Part shown: piece by piece, positions 1-10,126 of the stretch
Position numbering within the stretch: the stretch's first letter is position 1
Layout: each line of letters opens with the position of its first letter
From: an uncultured Parachlamydiaceae bacterium
Lineage (GTDB): Bacteria > Chlamydiota > Chlamydiia > Chlamydiales > Parachlamydiaceae
Reading direction: 5' to 3'
DNA: 64,000 nt
Assembly (NCBI GenBank): GCA_963742415.1
Contig: CAVULX010000003.1
Span: 416,001-480,000 of the forward strand
The notes under the pieces: model-generated
What the model saw: the letters and a program-made list of their open reading frames with translations, nothing else
Told to the model about the DNA's origin: nothing
Databases searched by the model: none
Position numbers and translations under genes: made by a program

Positions 1-463
1 AGTTCCAAATCCCACTCGTATTTGTTAATGTAAAAGAGATCGCGGTGGAAGCGCTTGTAAACCCATCTGAACTTTTTATTGTTTGATTTAAAGTTCCAAA
101 TTGAGAAATATTCTGCGAACCGTTATCTGACAAAGATCCTGGGGTAAAACCTGAAAAGCTATTCGAATTTGTTAGAGCGGTTACTGTCCAAGAGGCTGCA
201 TTGACGTTAACATCGGCTGCGCCTGTAGCACCCATCAGGTAAGTATACCCCCCATTATTCGACGAAGTAAATGTAAGAGTTGCAGAGGTCGAATTGACTA
301 AATTAATTGATAACGTTGCATAGGGTCCAGTATAGGGTGATAACTCGGCATTAGGAGAATTAATGGAATACAAGAAGACGTCTGAATAAGCAAGTGTTGA
401 GAAAAATAAAGTAAAAATAAACAAACATGTTGGCAAAATTTTACAAATAAAAATATTTTTCAT
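1..463 (-). CDS. Secreted Ser/Thr/Asn-rich protein (partial, runs off window start); resembles the N-terminal domains of PEP-CTERM-type exported proteins
   Basis: Not in the ORF track. ATG at 463 with GAAAGGGAG RBS; open to the window edge: MKNIFICKILPTCLFIFTLFFSTLAYSDVFLYSINSPNAELSPYTGPYATLSINLVNSTSATLTFTSSNNGGYTYLMG...; signal-peptide-like N-terminus ending LAYS. Confidence 0.75.
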   Translation of the reverse strand, partial: MKNIFICKILPTCLFIFTLFFSTLAYSDVFLYSINSPNAELSPYTGPYATLSINLVNSTSATLTFTSSNNGGYTYLMGATGAADVNVNAASWTVTALTNSNSFSGFTPGSLSDNGSQNISQFGTLNQTIKSSDGFTSASTAISFTLTNTSGIWN

Positions 464-619
464 ACACTACTCCCTTTCGTCTCTATTATATAAATAAAGA
501 AATGATTTGTAAATCAAAGATAAAATTACTAGGTAGCAGGCAAATTTCATGCCAATGCAGCCTCGAGGAAAAGAGTTCTAGGCTCATGACAGGCTTTGCT
601 TGCTGTAAAAAATCAAGCC

Positions 620-2050
620 TCACAAACCTGCATATTCATGCTCATGGGCTATAGGAGCTTCATATTTGATTGGGGTATAATTTGCAAACTGGGCGATCTC
701 TTTCCGGAATGTTAAATTAATGTTACCGACCCCCCCATGACGGTTTTTGGCTACAATGAGCTCCGCCATGCCGGGTTTATCCATCGGATCGTAATATTCC
801 CTTCGCAAAAGGAACATCACAATATCACTATCTTGCTCGATGCTCCCGCTTTCCCTCAAATCGCTCATCATGGGGCGATGCCCTTGCCTTTCTTCCACTT
901 TTCGTGAAAGCTGAGACAAGCACAGGACAGGAATATTGAGCTCCCTGGCCAAATTTTTTAACATGCGGGAAATTTCTGAAATTTCATTTTGCCTATTTTC
1001 AGTCGTTCGAAAAGACCCCGATCCCGAGATAAGCTGAAGATAATCGACGACGAGAAAACCGATCCCCTGCGCCTCTTTCATCCGCCTTGCCCTCGCCCTG
1101 AGATCGGTAATCTTAAGGCCTGGTTGGTCGTCGATGATCATGACATGCTGCTGCATATCATTGACGCTAGCTACAATACGTTGAAATTCCCCTCCATTCA
1201 GGGATCCTGTCTTGATTTTGTCAGATTCCACCTCTGAATGGGAACAAATGATCCGATGGACCAGCTGCTCGGCGCTCATTTCCAGGGAAAAAATTCCAAC
1301 GGGGATCCGGCTTTTAAAACAGACGTTTTCAGCGATATTCAAAGCCAGTGCTGTTTTTCCCATTGCAGGGCGGGCTGCTAAGATCATCAGGTTGGAATTA
1401 TTCAACCCATTCAACATTTTATCGAGATCGGCGAAATGGGAAGGGACCCCCGTAATCCCTGCGTCTTCGGGCCCCCGTTGCTGAAACCGCTCTTGCCGTT
1501 CCTGCAATTCTTTCAAATAGGGCTGGGTTGACTCAGACTTGACCCCAGAGAGGATCTCGCTGATCAGCTTGCCGGCAATAGGGTTAGCGCTTTGGCTGAT
1601 TTGGTAAAAAAGCTGCTGCGCTTCATCGAGAGTCTCTAATACATCTTCTGGTTCATCTAACGCTTTTTTTTCGATCACTTGTGAAGCGTTGATCATGCTG
1701 CGAAGGATCGCTTTGTCGCGGACAACAGCGACATATTCTTCAATGTAAGCAGAAGTCCCGGCATATTGGGCCAGGGTTGTCACATAGGCAGCCCCGCCGA
1801 CAGCTTTAAGCTTATCCTGGCGGCGCAACTCTTCACAAACCAGATGCACATCAACAGGCTTATCGCTTTTGTAAGCTGTTTTTAAAATTTGAAAAATAAT
1901 TTTATGCTCGGTGAAATAAAAATAAGAATCGTCCAGCCCATCGGCAGCGATGTTAAGAGCATTAATACTTGTCAGCATGCATCCCAAGACCATCATCTCT
2001 GATTCTTTCGAATTGGGAGCCACTCGAACTTTTGTGGGTGTTTCCGACAT
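620..2050 (-). CDS. dnaB: Replicative DNA helicase
   Basis: Walker A AARPAMGKT, FSLEMS, VVDYLQL, LSQLSR, DLRESGSIEQDSD, KNRHG motifs; start placed at ATG 2050 (MSETPTK) rather than TTG 2083. Confidence 0.97.
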   Translation of the reverse strand: MSETPTKVRVAPNSKESEMMVLGCMLTSINALNIAADGLDDSYFYFTEHKIIFQILKTAYKSDKPVDVHLVCEELRRQDKLKAVGGAAYVTTLAQYAGTSAYIEEYVAVVRDKAILRSMINASQVIEKKALDEPEDVLETLDEAQQLFYQISQSANPIAGKLISEILSGVKSESTQPYLKELQERQERFQQRGPEDAGITGVPSHFADLDKMLNGLNNSNLMILAARPAMGKTALALNIAENVCFKSRIPVGIFSLEMSAEQLVHRIICSHSEVESDKIKTGSLNGGEFQRIVASVNDMQQHVMIIDDQPGLKITDLRARARRMKEAQGIGFLVVDYLQLISGSGSFRTTENRQNEISEISRMLKNLARELNIPVLCLSQLSRKVEERQGHRPMMSDLRESGSIEQDSDIVMFLLRREYYDPMDKPGMAELIVAKNRHGGVGNINLTFRKEIAQFANYTPIKYEAPIAHEHEYAGL

Positions 2051-2219
2051 TTTATTTCCGTGTAACTGTGCAGAAAACTCCAAATGTTAAAGAAAAACGC
2101 AATAGCTGAAAAGGAAAAAACTCTTGGAGAAAAACGTTCTTTTTGTTAACGCATAGAGAGTGTTCCTCTTAGAAACTCAGGTTAGAGGGAAAAATAATTT
2201 TTTAATATAGGAGAGAATT

Positions 2220-3338
2220 ATGTCATCCGAAGTTGGTCAAGTCGATCAAAAAAAATTTCATTTTCATTTTCATACAGATCAGCAACAACCAAAAACAACC
2301 ATAGAAAAAGTCCAAAATTTAGTGAGGAATCAAGAGGCTCAAAAGCTTGCAAAAAATCATGAGCTGATTATTCAAAATATTTCTTGGGAAGTTGCGGGGC
2401 CGGATAAAAATTGGGGACCCTGTACTTCGGATATAACTTTAGAAGTTGGTGATGAATGGGATCCATATCAAATGCCCATCATTCGACGTTCCAATTATAC
2501 CGATAAAACTTCAAGTATCCCTATCGATAGCATTTCTGTTTTAGTAGGCAATGAAAAAGGAGAAAAAGTTCTTACTCGCCTCCAGTTGAAAGAGTACCTG
2601 AATGGATTTTCCAAATATGCTTCAAATGGTTCCGTAAAAGGGTCTTTGTTGGCGGAGAGGGATACACATGTCATTCATAGTGTACAAACATGTCTTTTGC
2701 CTTGCGAAGAGGGCAAAGAGGTGGATTTTAACGTAGCTCTTTTCAACTCCGAATCCACTCAGGGAAATCCAGCCATTCTGGCCATTCTTGTTTCAAGTCA
2801 TGGAACCAGTGCTCAAGTTGTTGATAATGGAAGCTCTCGAAAGGGGGAACAATTAATGTTCAACATTAATGGGAAGGGGCATGCTTTTTCTGCAGGACGG
2901 CTTAAAGATGTGCGGGAGCAGCAAGGAGATGTTGTCAAAGGGAGTTTAAGCGATCAAGAACTTGCCAACCGAAAACTGCTCATTATTCAAATCCCTCTTA
3001 AAGTTAAACCTAGACCCGATATACGGATCTATAAATATAGTAACAATCCGCAAGCAAATATGGATCAGGCTCAAATTAAAGAAGGTCATGAACAAGGGGG
3101 AGTTCCGGGACTCAAAGGAATTGACATTGAGAGAGACTCTAATTATCCCATTCGGGTTACAACCCAGCTTTATAAAATTACAAACGATGGGACTCTAAAT
3201 GAACAGCAAATGCAAGACATTGCTTTAGAAATCCAGAAAGAAGAATCTAGCGGAAAAGATGCTGGTAGACTAGTCGCAGAAGTTACCCCTCGCCCAACAG
3301 AATGGGTAAATAAGGAAGATGGTATTTTTTGGGCATAA
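2220..3338 (+). CDS. Conserved hypothetical protein (SWE...GPCTSDITL, MPIIR, ERDxxYPIRVTTQLY motifs)
   Basis: 372-aa ORF with GGAGAG RBS; motifs recall an uncharacterised family also seen in protists/giant viruses. Confidence 0.7.
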   Translation: MSSEVGQVDQKKFHFHFHTDQQQPKTTIEKVQNLVRNQEAQKLAKNHELIIQNISWEVAGPDKNWGPCTSDITLEVGDEWDPYQMPIIRRSNYTDKTSSIPIDSISVLVGNEKGEKVLTRLQLKEYLNGFSKYASNGSVKGSLLAERDTHVIHSVQTCLLPCEEGKEVDFNVALFNSESTQGNPAILAILVSSHGTSAQVVDNGSSRKGEQLMFNINGKGHAFSAGRLKDVREQQGDVVKGSLSDQELANRKLLIIQIPLKVKPRPDIRIYKYSNNPQANMDQAQIKEGHEQGGVPGLKGIDIERDSNYPIRVTTQLYKITNDGTLNEQQMQDIALEIQKEESSGKDAGRLVAEVTPRPTEWVNKEDGIFWA

Positions 3339-3391
3339 CATCCAGTCAGTCTTTTGGAGTGCGGCAGCAAGCTAAAGAAAGCCATTTTTAC

Positions 3392-3437
3392 CAGGCTGAA
3401 AGCCTGCCATATAATAGCCTGGGGCAACGCCCCAGGT
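3392..3437. repeat. REP-like double hairpin (CAGGCTGAAAGCCTG ... ATAGCCTGGGGCAACGCCCCAGG)
   Basis: Two short GC-rich hairpins between convergent genes; same architecture as the element at 19321-19519. Confidence 0.6.
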
Positions 3438-3514
3438 AATATCATGCATAATCATTTACCGCTGAAATAATTCCACTCATCTAAGCCCCCAGAAATTGTT
3501 TTGAGTAATATTGT

Positions 3515-5002
3515 TTATTTTTTTTTGGCTCCATTCTGCATCGACTTTTTAATTTGCAAAAATGAGGCTATTTGTTTAGGTGATATGCGGCATGGGGTGT
3601 GTTTTCCCCCATAAAAACCATACCTTCGAATCATATCCATCATGATATAACTAATTTTCAATGTTTCTTCAGTGCTCTCATTTTTGAATTCGTAACTATA
3701 ATCAAAAAGAATCTCATTGCCAAAAGGAGATCTCCAAGTACGATGCAGCTTATCTATCACAGATTGCAAGCAAATTTTTGATCCGTTATACTCAAACAAG
3801 TGTCTCCTACATATTAAAGCATATTGAGCTGACATTTGTATCAGCGGCATAATCAATTTTTGGTGGGACAACCTTAAACGGTTAACCTTTTTTTGATCTC
3901 GAGCCATCCGCTCTAAAAGGGATTCCTTGGCTCCTAAATAAGGCTTCTCTGATTGTCTAAGTATTGCTTCTAAATCTGCAATTGAGCTGTTTGCAAGCTC
4001 CTTTATGTTTCTGATAAGTTTGGGGTTGTTTCTGCCGCCTCTAACGAATCCACTGCTTTCTTTGATTTTAGGCAAAGGAACCATGTCTTTTTTGTTTTTT
4101 GTTCGGCGCACCTTAGCTTCTACCCAAGGCACAAGGGATTCAACCTTGTAAACTTTTTTCACCACTAACTCCGATTCTAAAGCCTTATTTTCAAAGCTAA
4201 AGACAATCTTATTCAGCTCAAGCTTTTTTAATCCGGTGATTCTGCCATCAAATGGCAGCCAATAGCTCCCTTGAATATCTGAAAAAATTTTAATTTCTTC
4301 TTCTTGAATAACAGCGCAGGCGATCTTAAAGTTGTCATCTTTTACTTTTTTCAAATAAATTTCTCGACTGCGCTCTGAACAATCAACCATTTTTTTAAAG
4401 CCGTCTTTTATGAATTGGTCTCGGTTAGAAAATATTCTCTCCATTTTTTCGAGAGGCCATTTTTCTTTTTTTGTCATATTTCTTGCGCCTCCAACAGGGT
4501 CCATTTCATAAACTTCATCTCCAGAATCATTTCGAACCCATATTAACCAAGAGTTTGTCCAAAAGCGATCTTCAAGGCGATCTTCTAAGACTGAACTCGG
4601 GACGACTGCACAAAATTTAGAGTTCTTCTCAAAAAGTCCTCCATCGCTACTTAACACTTTAATCTTGCCGTTGTGTACATGTAGATAAACATCCTCATTT
4701 GCTTTATAAAGATACTTATTAATTCTTTTTATTCCCGCTGCCAGAAGCTTTTCTATCACTTTCATTCTTTTGACAGCCCAAAGGCATTTTTCTTCAAAAG
4801 TTCCCTTTGGAGCTCTTTTTAAGGAAAAAAAATATTTGTTTATCCGCAAATGATAGGGATCTTCTGGAAAACTAATCATATTGTTAAATAGACGGCAGGC
4901 AAGCTGGGCGGCAACAACATCCCTTCCTTTGAGATATTGAAGAATCAAGGCTGCAACCTCAATAGAAACGCCATTGAAGAAATTTACTACATTGACTTCC
5001 AT
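3515..5002 (-). CDS. F-box-like domain protein (paralogue 1), candidate effector
   Basis: N-terminal SIEVAALILQYLKGRDVVAAQLACRLFNNMI F-box-like motif; clearly paralogous to 5827-7311. Confidence 0.75.
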   Translation of the reverse strand: MEVNVVNFFNGVSIEVAALILQYLKGRDVVAAQLACRLFNNMISFPEDPYHLRINKYFFSLKRAPKGTFEEKCLWAVKRMKVIEKLLAAGIKRINKYLYKANEDVYLHVHNGKIKVLSSDGGLFEKNSKFCAVVPSSVLEDRLEDRFWTNSWLIWVRNDSGDEVYEMDPVGGARNMTKKEKWPLEKMERIFSNRDQFIKDGFKKMVDCSERSREIYLKKVKDDNFKIACAVIQEEEIKIFSDIQGSYWLPFDGRITGLKKLELNKIVFSFENKALESELVVKKVYKVESLVPWVEAKVRRTKNKKDMVPLPKIKESSGFVRGGRNNPKLIRNIKELANSSIADLEAILRQSEKPYLGAKESLLERMARDQKKVNRLRLSHQKLIMPLIQMSAQYALICRRHLFEYNGSKICLQSVIDKLHRTWRSPFGNEILFDYSYEFKNESTEETLKISYIMMDMIRRYGFYGGKHTPCRISPKQIASFLQIKKSMQNGAKKK

Positions 5003-5141
5003 AACTTAGTTATTGCGACGTTTATTGGGCTTGTACATTTCCAGGTCATCTTGTCAAGCCCACAATAAAAGATATTCAAATAGAATCAATAGATCTTTTG
5101 TATCACTTATTCTCTAGAAAACCGAGGAGACTTACAAAAAT

Positions 5142-5705
5142 CTATCCATTAGAAGAGGGAAGCATCCAATTAATCGCTGTGCAAACAATCGCAGAAGCAG
5201 TAACAACTGAGGACACTGCCGCTGTTTTAACGGAGCCTGCAACGTCTCCTTTTTTCAACTTCTTATATGAGGTGATGCATCCATCTACAAAAAAATTAGC
5301 GGCGCCAGGAAGAAGAACTCCATATTTGATTTTTTTGCTATCGCTGATTTTGCTATTTGACAGTACATTGAAGCCCATTTTAACACCGCTGGCTATGCTG
5401 TTTGTAACAACAGATGAGGTTGCTTTAGCAGTATTGACGAATAAGTTTGTCATTTTATTAAGATAGGAATTTTGAGGATCCTTTTTATTGGCTAATGTTT
5501 TCATCTGATCAAAAGCCATTGTAGCCTGCAAGTCTCTGTAGCCTTTGTTAAAGCTCATTAAGTAATCAGCTATAGAGATAAATATATGTTTTACAATATT
5601 CCATATCGTGATGTTGTCCATCCCGGACCTAGCATAATTAATTTTATATAAGATGATATATTCGCTGAATGAGGGGTCTCTCTGTTTTGAAATCAATGAA
5701 GTCAT
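5142..5705 (-). CDS. Hypothetical protein with hydrophobic C-terminal segments
   Basis: 187-aa ORF co-oriented with the flanking F-box genes. Confidence 0.6.
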   Translation of the reverse strand: MTSLISKQRDPSFSEYIILYKINYARSGMDNITIWNIVKHIFISIADYLMSFNKGYRDLQATMAFDQMKTLANKKDPQNSYLNKMTNLFVNTAKATSSVVTNSIASGVKMGFNVLSNSKISDSKKIKYGVLLPGAANFFVDGCITSYKKLKKGDVAGSVKTAAVSSVVTASAIVCTAINWMLPSSNG

Positions 5706-5826
5706 AAATAATTTTTCTTGGTTTTTTTATTAATCAGATAAACCTTTTTACCAACTTAATTACTTAAAAGCAAGAAGCTTAATTAAATTTTGAACATTAA
5801 TTGAGCCCTGGAATGATTGTGTCAAT

Positions 5827-7311
5827 TCAATGACGACTTTTTAGAGATTTCTGCTTTTTTGAGAATTTCTTTTTAATTTTCAGAAAGGAAGCAATTGTTC
5901 TAGGGCGTATGCGGCACACGGTGACCTTGCCCCCATAAAAGCCAAATCTTCGAATCGAATCCATCATGACATAGGTAATTACCAATGTTTTTTTAGTGCT
6001 TAAATTTTTGAATTCGTAAATAAAATCATACTCAATCTCATGACCAAAAGGAGACTCCCAAGTGGGATTTTCTTGATCAATATTCTGTCTCAAGCTAAAC
6101 TTCGATCCCTTATACTTAAATTTGAGCCCTTTCTTTATTAACTCATATTGAGCACTCATCCGTAAAAGAGGCATAATTAATTTTTGGTGCGTTAACTTTA
6201 ATCGGTTAACCTTTTTTTGATCTCGAGCCATCCGCTTTAAGAGGGATTCGTTGGCTCCTAAATAAGGCTCCTTTGAATTTCTAAGTATTGCTTCCAAATC
6301 TGCAATTGATTTACTTGCAAGCTCCTTTATGTTTCTGATAAGTTTAGGGTCGTTTCTGCCGCCGAGAATAAATCCGCTGCTCTCTTTGAATTCAGGCAAA
6401 AGAACCATATCTTTTTTGTTTTTTATTCGACATACCTTTGGTACTATCCATGGCTCGAAGGAGTTGAAGTAGGTACAATTATTTTTTCCCAACACTAACT
6501 CGGATTCAAAAGCACTATTTTCAAAGCCAAAAACAACTGTAGTTGCGTTAAGCTTCTTTAATCTGGTGATTTCGCCATCAAAAGCCACCCAAGTACCGTT
6601 TCGAACAACTGAAAAAACTTTGATCTCTTTTTCTTGAATGACAGCACAGTTTATCCTGAAGTCATCTACGATATGTTTCAAATAAATTTCTCGGCTCCGA
6701 TCTGTACAATCACCCATTTTCTGATAGCCTTCATTGATGAAGTGATCTCGATTAGAAAATAATTTTTCCTTTTCTTCAAGAGACCATTTTTCTCCTTTTT
6801 CTCCTTTTTGTCCACCAGGAACCAACTCACAAACTTCATCCCCAGAGGCACTTTCAGCCCAAATTAACCATCCATTATTCCCCCAATTGGGCTCTATAAC
6901 CGTATTGGGAAGGACTGCGCGTAATCGAGTATTTTTTACAAAAAGCCCACCACCGCTTTTTAAAACATCTATCTTCCCGTTACAAATATGGAGGTAAACA
7001 TCCTCATTTGCTTTATAAAGATACTCATTAATCCTTTTTAACCCCGCTGCAAGAAGCTTTTCTATCACTTTCATTTTATTGACAGCCCAAAGGCATTTAT
7101 CTTCAAAAGTTCCTTCTGGGGCTCTCTCTAAGGAAGAAAAATATTTATTTATTCGCAAGTGGCAGGGATCTTCTGGAAGAGTAATCATATTGTTGAATAG
7201 GCGGCAGGCAAGCTGGGCGGCAACAATATCCCTTCTCTTGAGATATTGAAGAATCAAGGCTACAACTTCATTAGGCAGAACATCACAATAATTTATTCCA
7301 TTGACTTCCAT
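5827..7311 (-). CDS. F-box domain protein (paralogue 2), candidate effector
   Basis: LPNEVVALILQYLKRRDIVAAQLACRLFNNMI is a canonical F-box motif. Confidence 0.8.
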   Translation of the reverse strand: MEVNGINYCDVLPNEVVALILQYLKRRDIVAAQLACRLFNNMITLPEDPCHLRINKYFSSLERAPEGTFEDKCLWAVNKMKVIEKLLAAGLKRINEYLYKANEDVYLHICNGKIDVLKSGGGLFVKNTRLRAVLPNTVIEPNWGNNGWLIWAESASGDEVCELVPGGQKGEKGEKWSLEEKEKLFSNRDHFINEGYQKMGDCTDRSREIYLKHIVDDFRINCAVIQEKEIKVFSVVRNGTWVAFDGEITRLKKLNATTVVFGFENSAFESELVLGKNNCTYFNSFEPWIVPKVCRIKNKKDMVLLPEFKESSGFILGGRNDPKLIRNIKELASKSIADLEAILRNSKEPYLGANESLLKRMARDQKKVNRLKLTHQKLIMPLLRMSAQYELIKKGLKFKYKGSKFSLRQNIDQENPTWESPFGHEIEYDFIYEFKNLSTKKTLVITYVMMDSIRRFGFYGGKVTVCRIRPRTIASFLKIKKKFSKKQKSLKSRH

Positions 7312-7349
7312 AACAAATGGGTCTCCTGAGTTTTGGAAAGAGAAGAAAT

Positions 7350-8081
7350 TTATGCGTGATGCTCTTCAGGAACCATTTGAACGGAACTTTCCCAATTTTT
7401 TACATATTCCAGAAGAGTTTCTTTGTTGGGCTTGGATTGAAGCAATTTCATTGTTTGGGGCAGGCTGCTTAGATGGGCGATTTTGGCTAATAAGTGGAGG
7501 TGCCGTTTGTCTTCACAAGCAAACAGGAAGAACAGAGTATGAACCAATTTATGGTCGAGCGCTCCATAGGCCAAAGGCTTCTCAGGAAAGGCGACAACGA
7601 CGATATCTTGATGTGTATTTAACAGATAATCTCTTGTATGGGGAATCGCGATCCCATGGCCGATCCCTGTCGACTGCAAGTTTTCCCGGTCCATTAACAA
7701 GTCACTTAAAACTTCAGCATCGAGATTTAAATTTTTGGCTATAGTTCTCATTGTTGTGCGGATAACTTCTTCTTTTGAGGATCCCTGGACGGGGTCTACA
7801 ACCCCCCCTTTATGCAACGCTCGATAGAGGCTGTACTGTTTAATTCCCCCTTTTGCACTATTAATCTCTAATTCTTCGGTTTTATTTTTTTCTTTAAAAG
7901 GTCCGGCCTCATCATGGGTGCTCAATCGCTGGTTCATCACCCAAGACTCAATCTGCGTACGGCAAAAAAGATCTTGGTTTTTGATCCTATAAGCGGGAAT
8001 TTTTCCCTCGATTAACCAACGACGAACCGTTGCCTCTGAAACATTTAACAACTCGGCGACATCTTTGATCTTTAAGTCCAT
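7350..8081 (-). CDS. ptsN: PTS IIA(Ntr)-type protein with N-terminal HTH DNA-binding domain
   Basis: N-terminal KDVAELLNVSEATVRRW HTH; STGIGHGIAIPH phospho-His motif; chlamydial ptsN-ptsN-dut-accD synteny. Confidence 0.92.
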   Translation of the reverse strand: MDLKIKDVAELLNVSEATVRRWLIEGKIPAYRIKNQDLFCRTQIESWVMNQRLSTHDEAGPFKEKNKTEELEINSAKGGIKQYSLYRALHKGGVVDPVQGSSKEEVIRTTMRTIAKNLNLDAEVLSDLLMDRENLQSTGIGHGIAIPHTRDYLLNTHQDIVVVAFPEKPLAYGALDHKLVHTLFFLFACEDKRHLHLLAKIAHLSSLPQTMKLLQSKPNKETLLEYVKNWESSVQMVPEEHHA

Positions 8082-8134
8082 ATAGCCACCTAGATAAAAT
8101 TCTGATTATTTACTCACCAAGGTGAGTCACCTAA

Positions 8135-8602
8135 TCAAAATGCCTTTAAAAGATCGATAATAGCTGCTACTGAATTCAGTGTTAACAATTTTTTGCGTCT
8201 TGATTCATCTTTTAATAAACTGGTCAATTTGGAAAGGATTTGTAAATACTCGGTCTGTTTGTCATCCGGCCCTCCAATCATAAAAATTAATCTTACTGGA
8301 GCTCCGTCTAAAGCATGCCAGTCTACCCCTTTTTGCAAAATAGCAATTGCTATAAAAAAATCATCGTACAAGGAATGTTTAGCATGGGGGATTGCAACTC
8401 CCATTCCAATGCCTGTCGAGACAATTTTTTCCCGGTCGATGATGGCTTTATAGAAAGCTTCCGGATCTTCTAACTTTCCATTTTGATGCAATTTTTTCAC
8501 AATGGCGCGCAGGGCTTCATCCCGCGTTTCAACATCTAAAAAAACAACAAGATTGGAATCCAGATACTTGGAAATTTTTATCATACTTGATTGTATATAC
8601 AA
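8135..8602 (-). CDS. ptsN: PTS sugar transporter subunit IIA (Ntr-type)
   Basis: REKIVSTGIGMGVAIPHAK and DWHALDGAPVRLIF motifs. Confidence 0.92.
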   Translation of the reverse strand: MYIQSSMIKISKYLDSNLVVFLDVETRDEALRAIVKKLHQNGKLEDPEAFYKAIIDREKIVSTGIGMGVAIPHAKHSLYDDFFIAIAILQKGVDWHALDGAPVRLIFMIGGPDDKQTEYLQILSKLTSLLKDESRRKKLLTLNSVAAIIDLLKAF

Positions 8603-8614
8603 ATTAATAATTAT

Positions 8615-9067
8615 TTAATGGCTTCCCGTGTGGCCAAAGCCTCCAGCTCCCCGTTTTGTCGTCGTAAGATCTTTATCTAAAAGAAATTTGGCTTGAAACA
8701 CCGGAGAGATGACGATTTGGGCGATCCGCATCCCGGGGACAACCTCAAAATGCTCTTTACCATGGTTAATGAGGATAACCGCCAATTCCCCCCGATAATC
8801 TGCATCAATTGTGCCGGGGGTATTCAATACTGTAATGCCATGTTTTAATGCCAAACCGCTGCGCGGGCGCACTTGGATTTCATAGCCGCTGGGAATGGCA
8901 AGCCGCAACCCTGTGGGAACGAGCGCCGTGGTTCCGGGGGCTAAGGTAATTTTTTCTTTAATAAAGGCTTTAACATCCGCCCCGGAAGCTCCGACAGAAG
9001 CATAAACAGGCAGCTCGGCGCCCTCTTCGGCCAAAATGGAAATATCAATAGTTTGGTGCATTGGCAT
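8615..9067 (-). CDS. dut: dUTP diphosphatase
   Basis: [31 protein letters not shown] motifs. Confidence 0.97.
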   Translation of the reverse strand: MPMHQTIDISILAEEGAELPVYASVGASGADVKAFIKEKITLAPGTTALVPTGLRLAIPSGYEIQVRPRSGLALKHGITVLNTPGTIDADYRGELAVILINHGKEHFEVVPGMRIAQIVISPVFQAKFLLDKDLTTTKRGAGGFGHTGSH

Positions 9068-9087
9068 GATCCTTTGTTTGCAAGGGG

Positions 9088-10008
9088 TTAAGGAATTGGG
9101 GTCTTCTTAATGGATGATTTTTTCAGTTGTGATTGTGAAGCATCATTTGCGGGTTCTTCCCCATTAATCGGCCTTCTTAAGAAATCAATAATTTCTGCTA
9201 ATTTACTTTTTAACTCATGCCGCTTAATAATGCAGTCAATCATCCCGTGATCTAAGAGGAATTCCGATTTTTGTGCTCCCGGAGGCAACTGCCGCCCAAT
9301 AGTTTGTTCGATGACCCGAGGGCCGGCAAAACAAATCAGGGCGTTGGGTTCCGCAATAATGATATCTCCCAAAGAGGCAAAAGAAGCGGTCACCCCCCCT
9401 GTCGTTGGGTTAGTCAAAATCGATATATAAGGAATTCGCGCTTCATGCAATTTGGCAAGGGCAGCTGAAGTTTTGGCCATTTGCATCAAGGAAAGGGTGG
9501 ATTCCTGCATGCGAGCTCCGCCTGAAGTAGAAACGATGACCAAAGGGATTCTTTCCGATAAGGCGTATTCAATGAGAAGGGTCAACCGTTCCCCTACGAC
9601 TGAGCCCATGGATCCCCCCATAAAATTGAAGTCCATGACTCCTAAAGCAACAGGAACTGAATTGATTAAACACCTTCCTACGATGACCGCTTCATCATGG
9701 CCCGATTTTTCTTGCGCGTTGCGCAATCTTTCGTAATAGGGTTCTGTATCCACAAAATGCAAAGAGTCGAACGATTGGGGTTCTGTAAAAAGTTGCTGGA
9801 AGGTATTGGGGTCAACGAGAAGTTTAATCCGTTCGTCGGACGACAACCGGTAGTGGTAGTCACATTTAGGGCAGCAGTTACTATTGCGTTGCAATTCATC
9901 CGAATGGATCATCTCAGTGCAATGCGTGCATTTCAGCCAGCCGCTGAAACCATCTTTTTTTGAAGTTTGAACTTTTATTTTGGGTTTATCGCGAGAGAAT
10001 AATCCCAT
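9088..10008 (-). CDS. accD: Acetyl-CoA carboxylase carboxyltransferase beta subunit
   Basis: C4 zinc finger (CTHC...CPKC), [29 protein letters not shown]. Confidence 0.97.
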   Translation of the reverse strand: MGLFSRDKPKIKVQTSKKDGFSGWLKCTHCTEMIHSDELQRNSNCCPKCDYHYRLSSDERIKLLVDPNTFQQLFTEPQSFDSLHFVDTEPYYERLRNAQEKSGHDEAVIVGRCLINSVPVALGVMDFNFMGGSMGSVVGERLTLLIEYALSERIPLVIVSTSGGARMQESTLSLMQMAKTSAALAKLHEARIPYISILTNPTTGGVTASFASLGDIIIAEPNALICFAGPRVIEQTIGRQLPPGAQKSEFLLDHGMIDCIIKRHELKSKLAEIIDFLRRPINGEEPANDASQSQLKKSSIKKTPIP

Positions 10009-10084
10009 TAATGCTCACTATTTTTTTTTAAACAAAGCTAATTTTACGTATATGCCTTATTATTAACAAGAAAGAATTTTGATC

Positions 10085-10113
10085 TGCAGCAATTTTATAT
10101 AAAAATTGCTGCA
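10085..10113. terminator. Hairpin downstream of sod (probable terminator)
   Basis: TGCAGCAATTTT-ATATA-AAAATTGCTGCA inverted repeat just past the sod stop. Confidence 0.5.
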
Positions 10114-10126
10114 AAATCGATATTTG

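Noticed and set aside
536-604. Nested imperfect hairpin downstream of dnaB as a riboswitch/ncRNA
   Set aside because: No recognisable aptamer consensus; more simply a terminator or decayed repeat.
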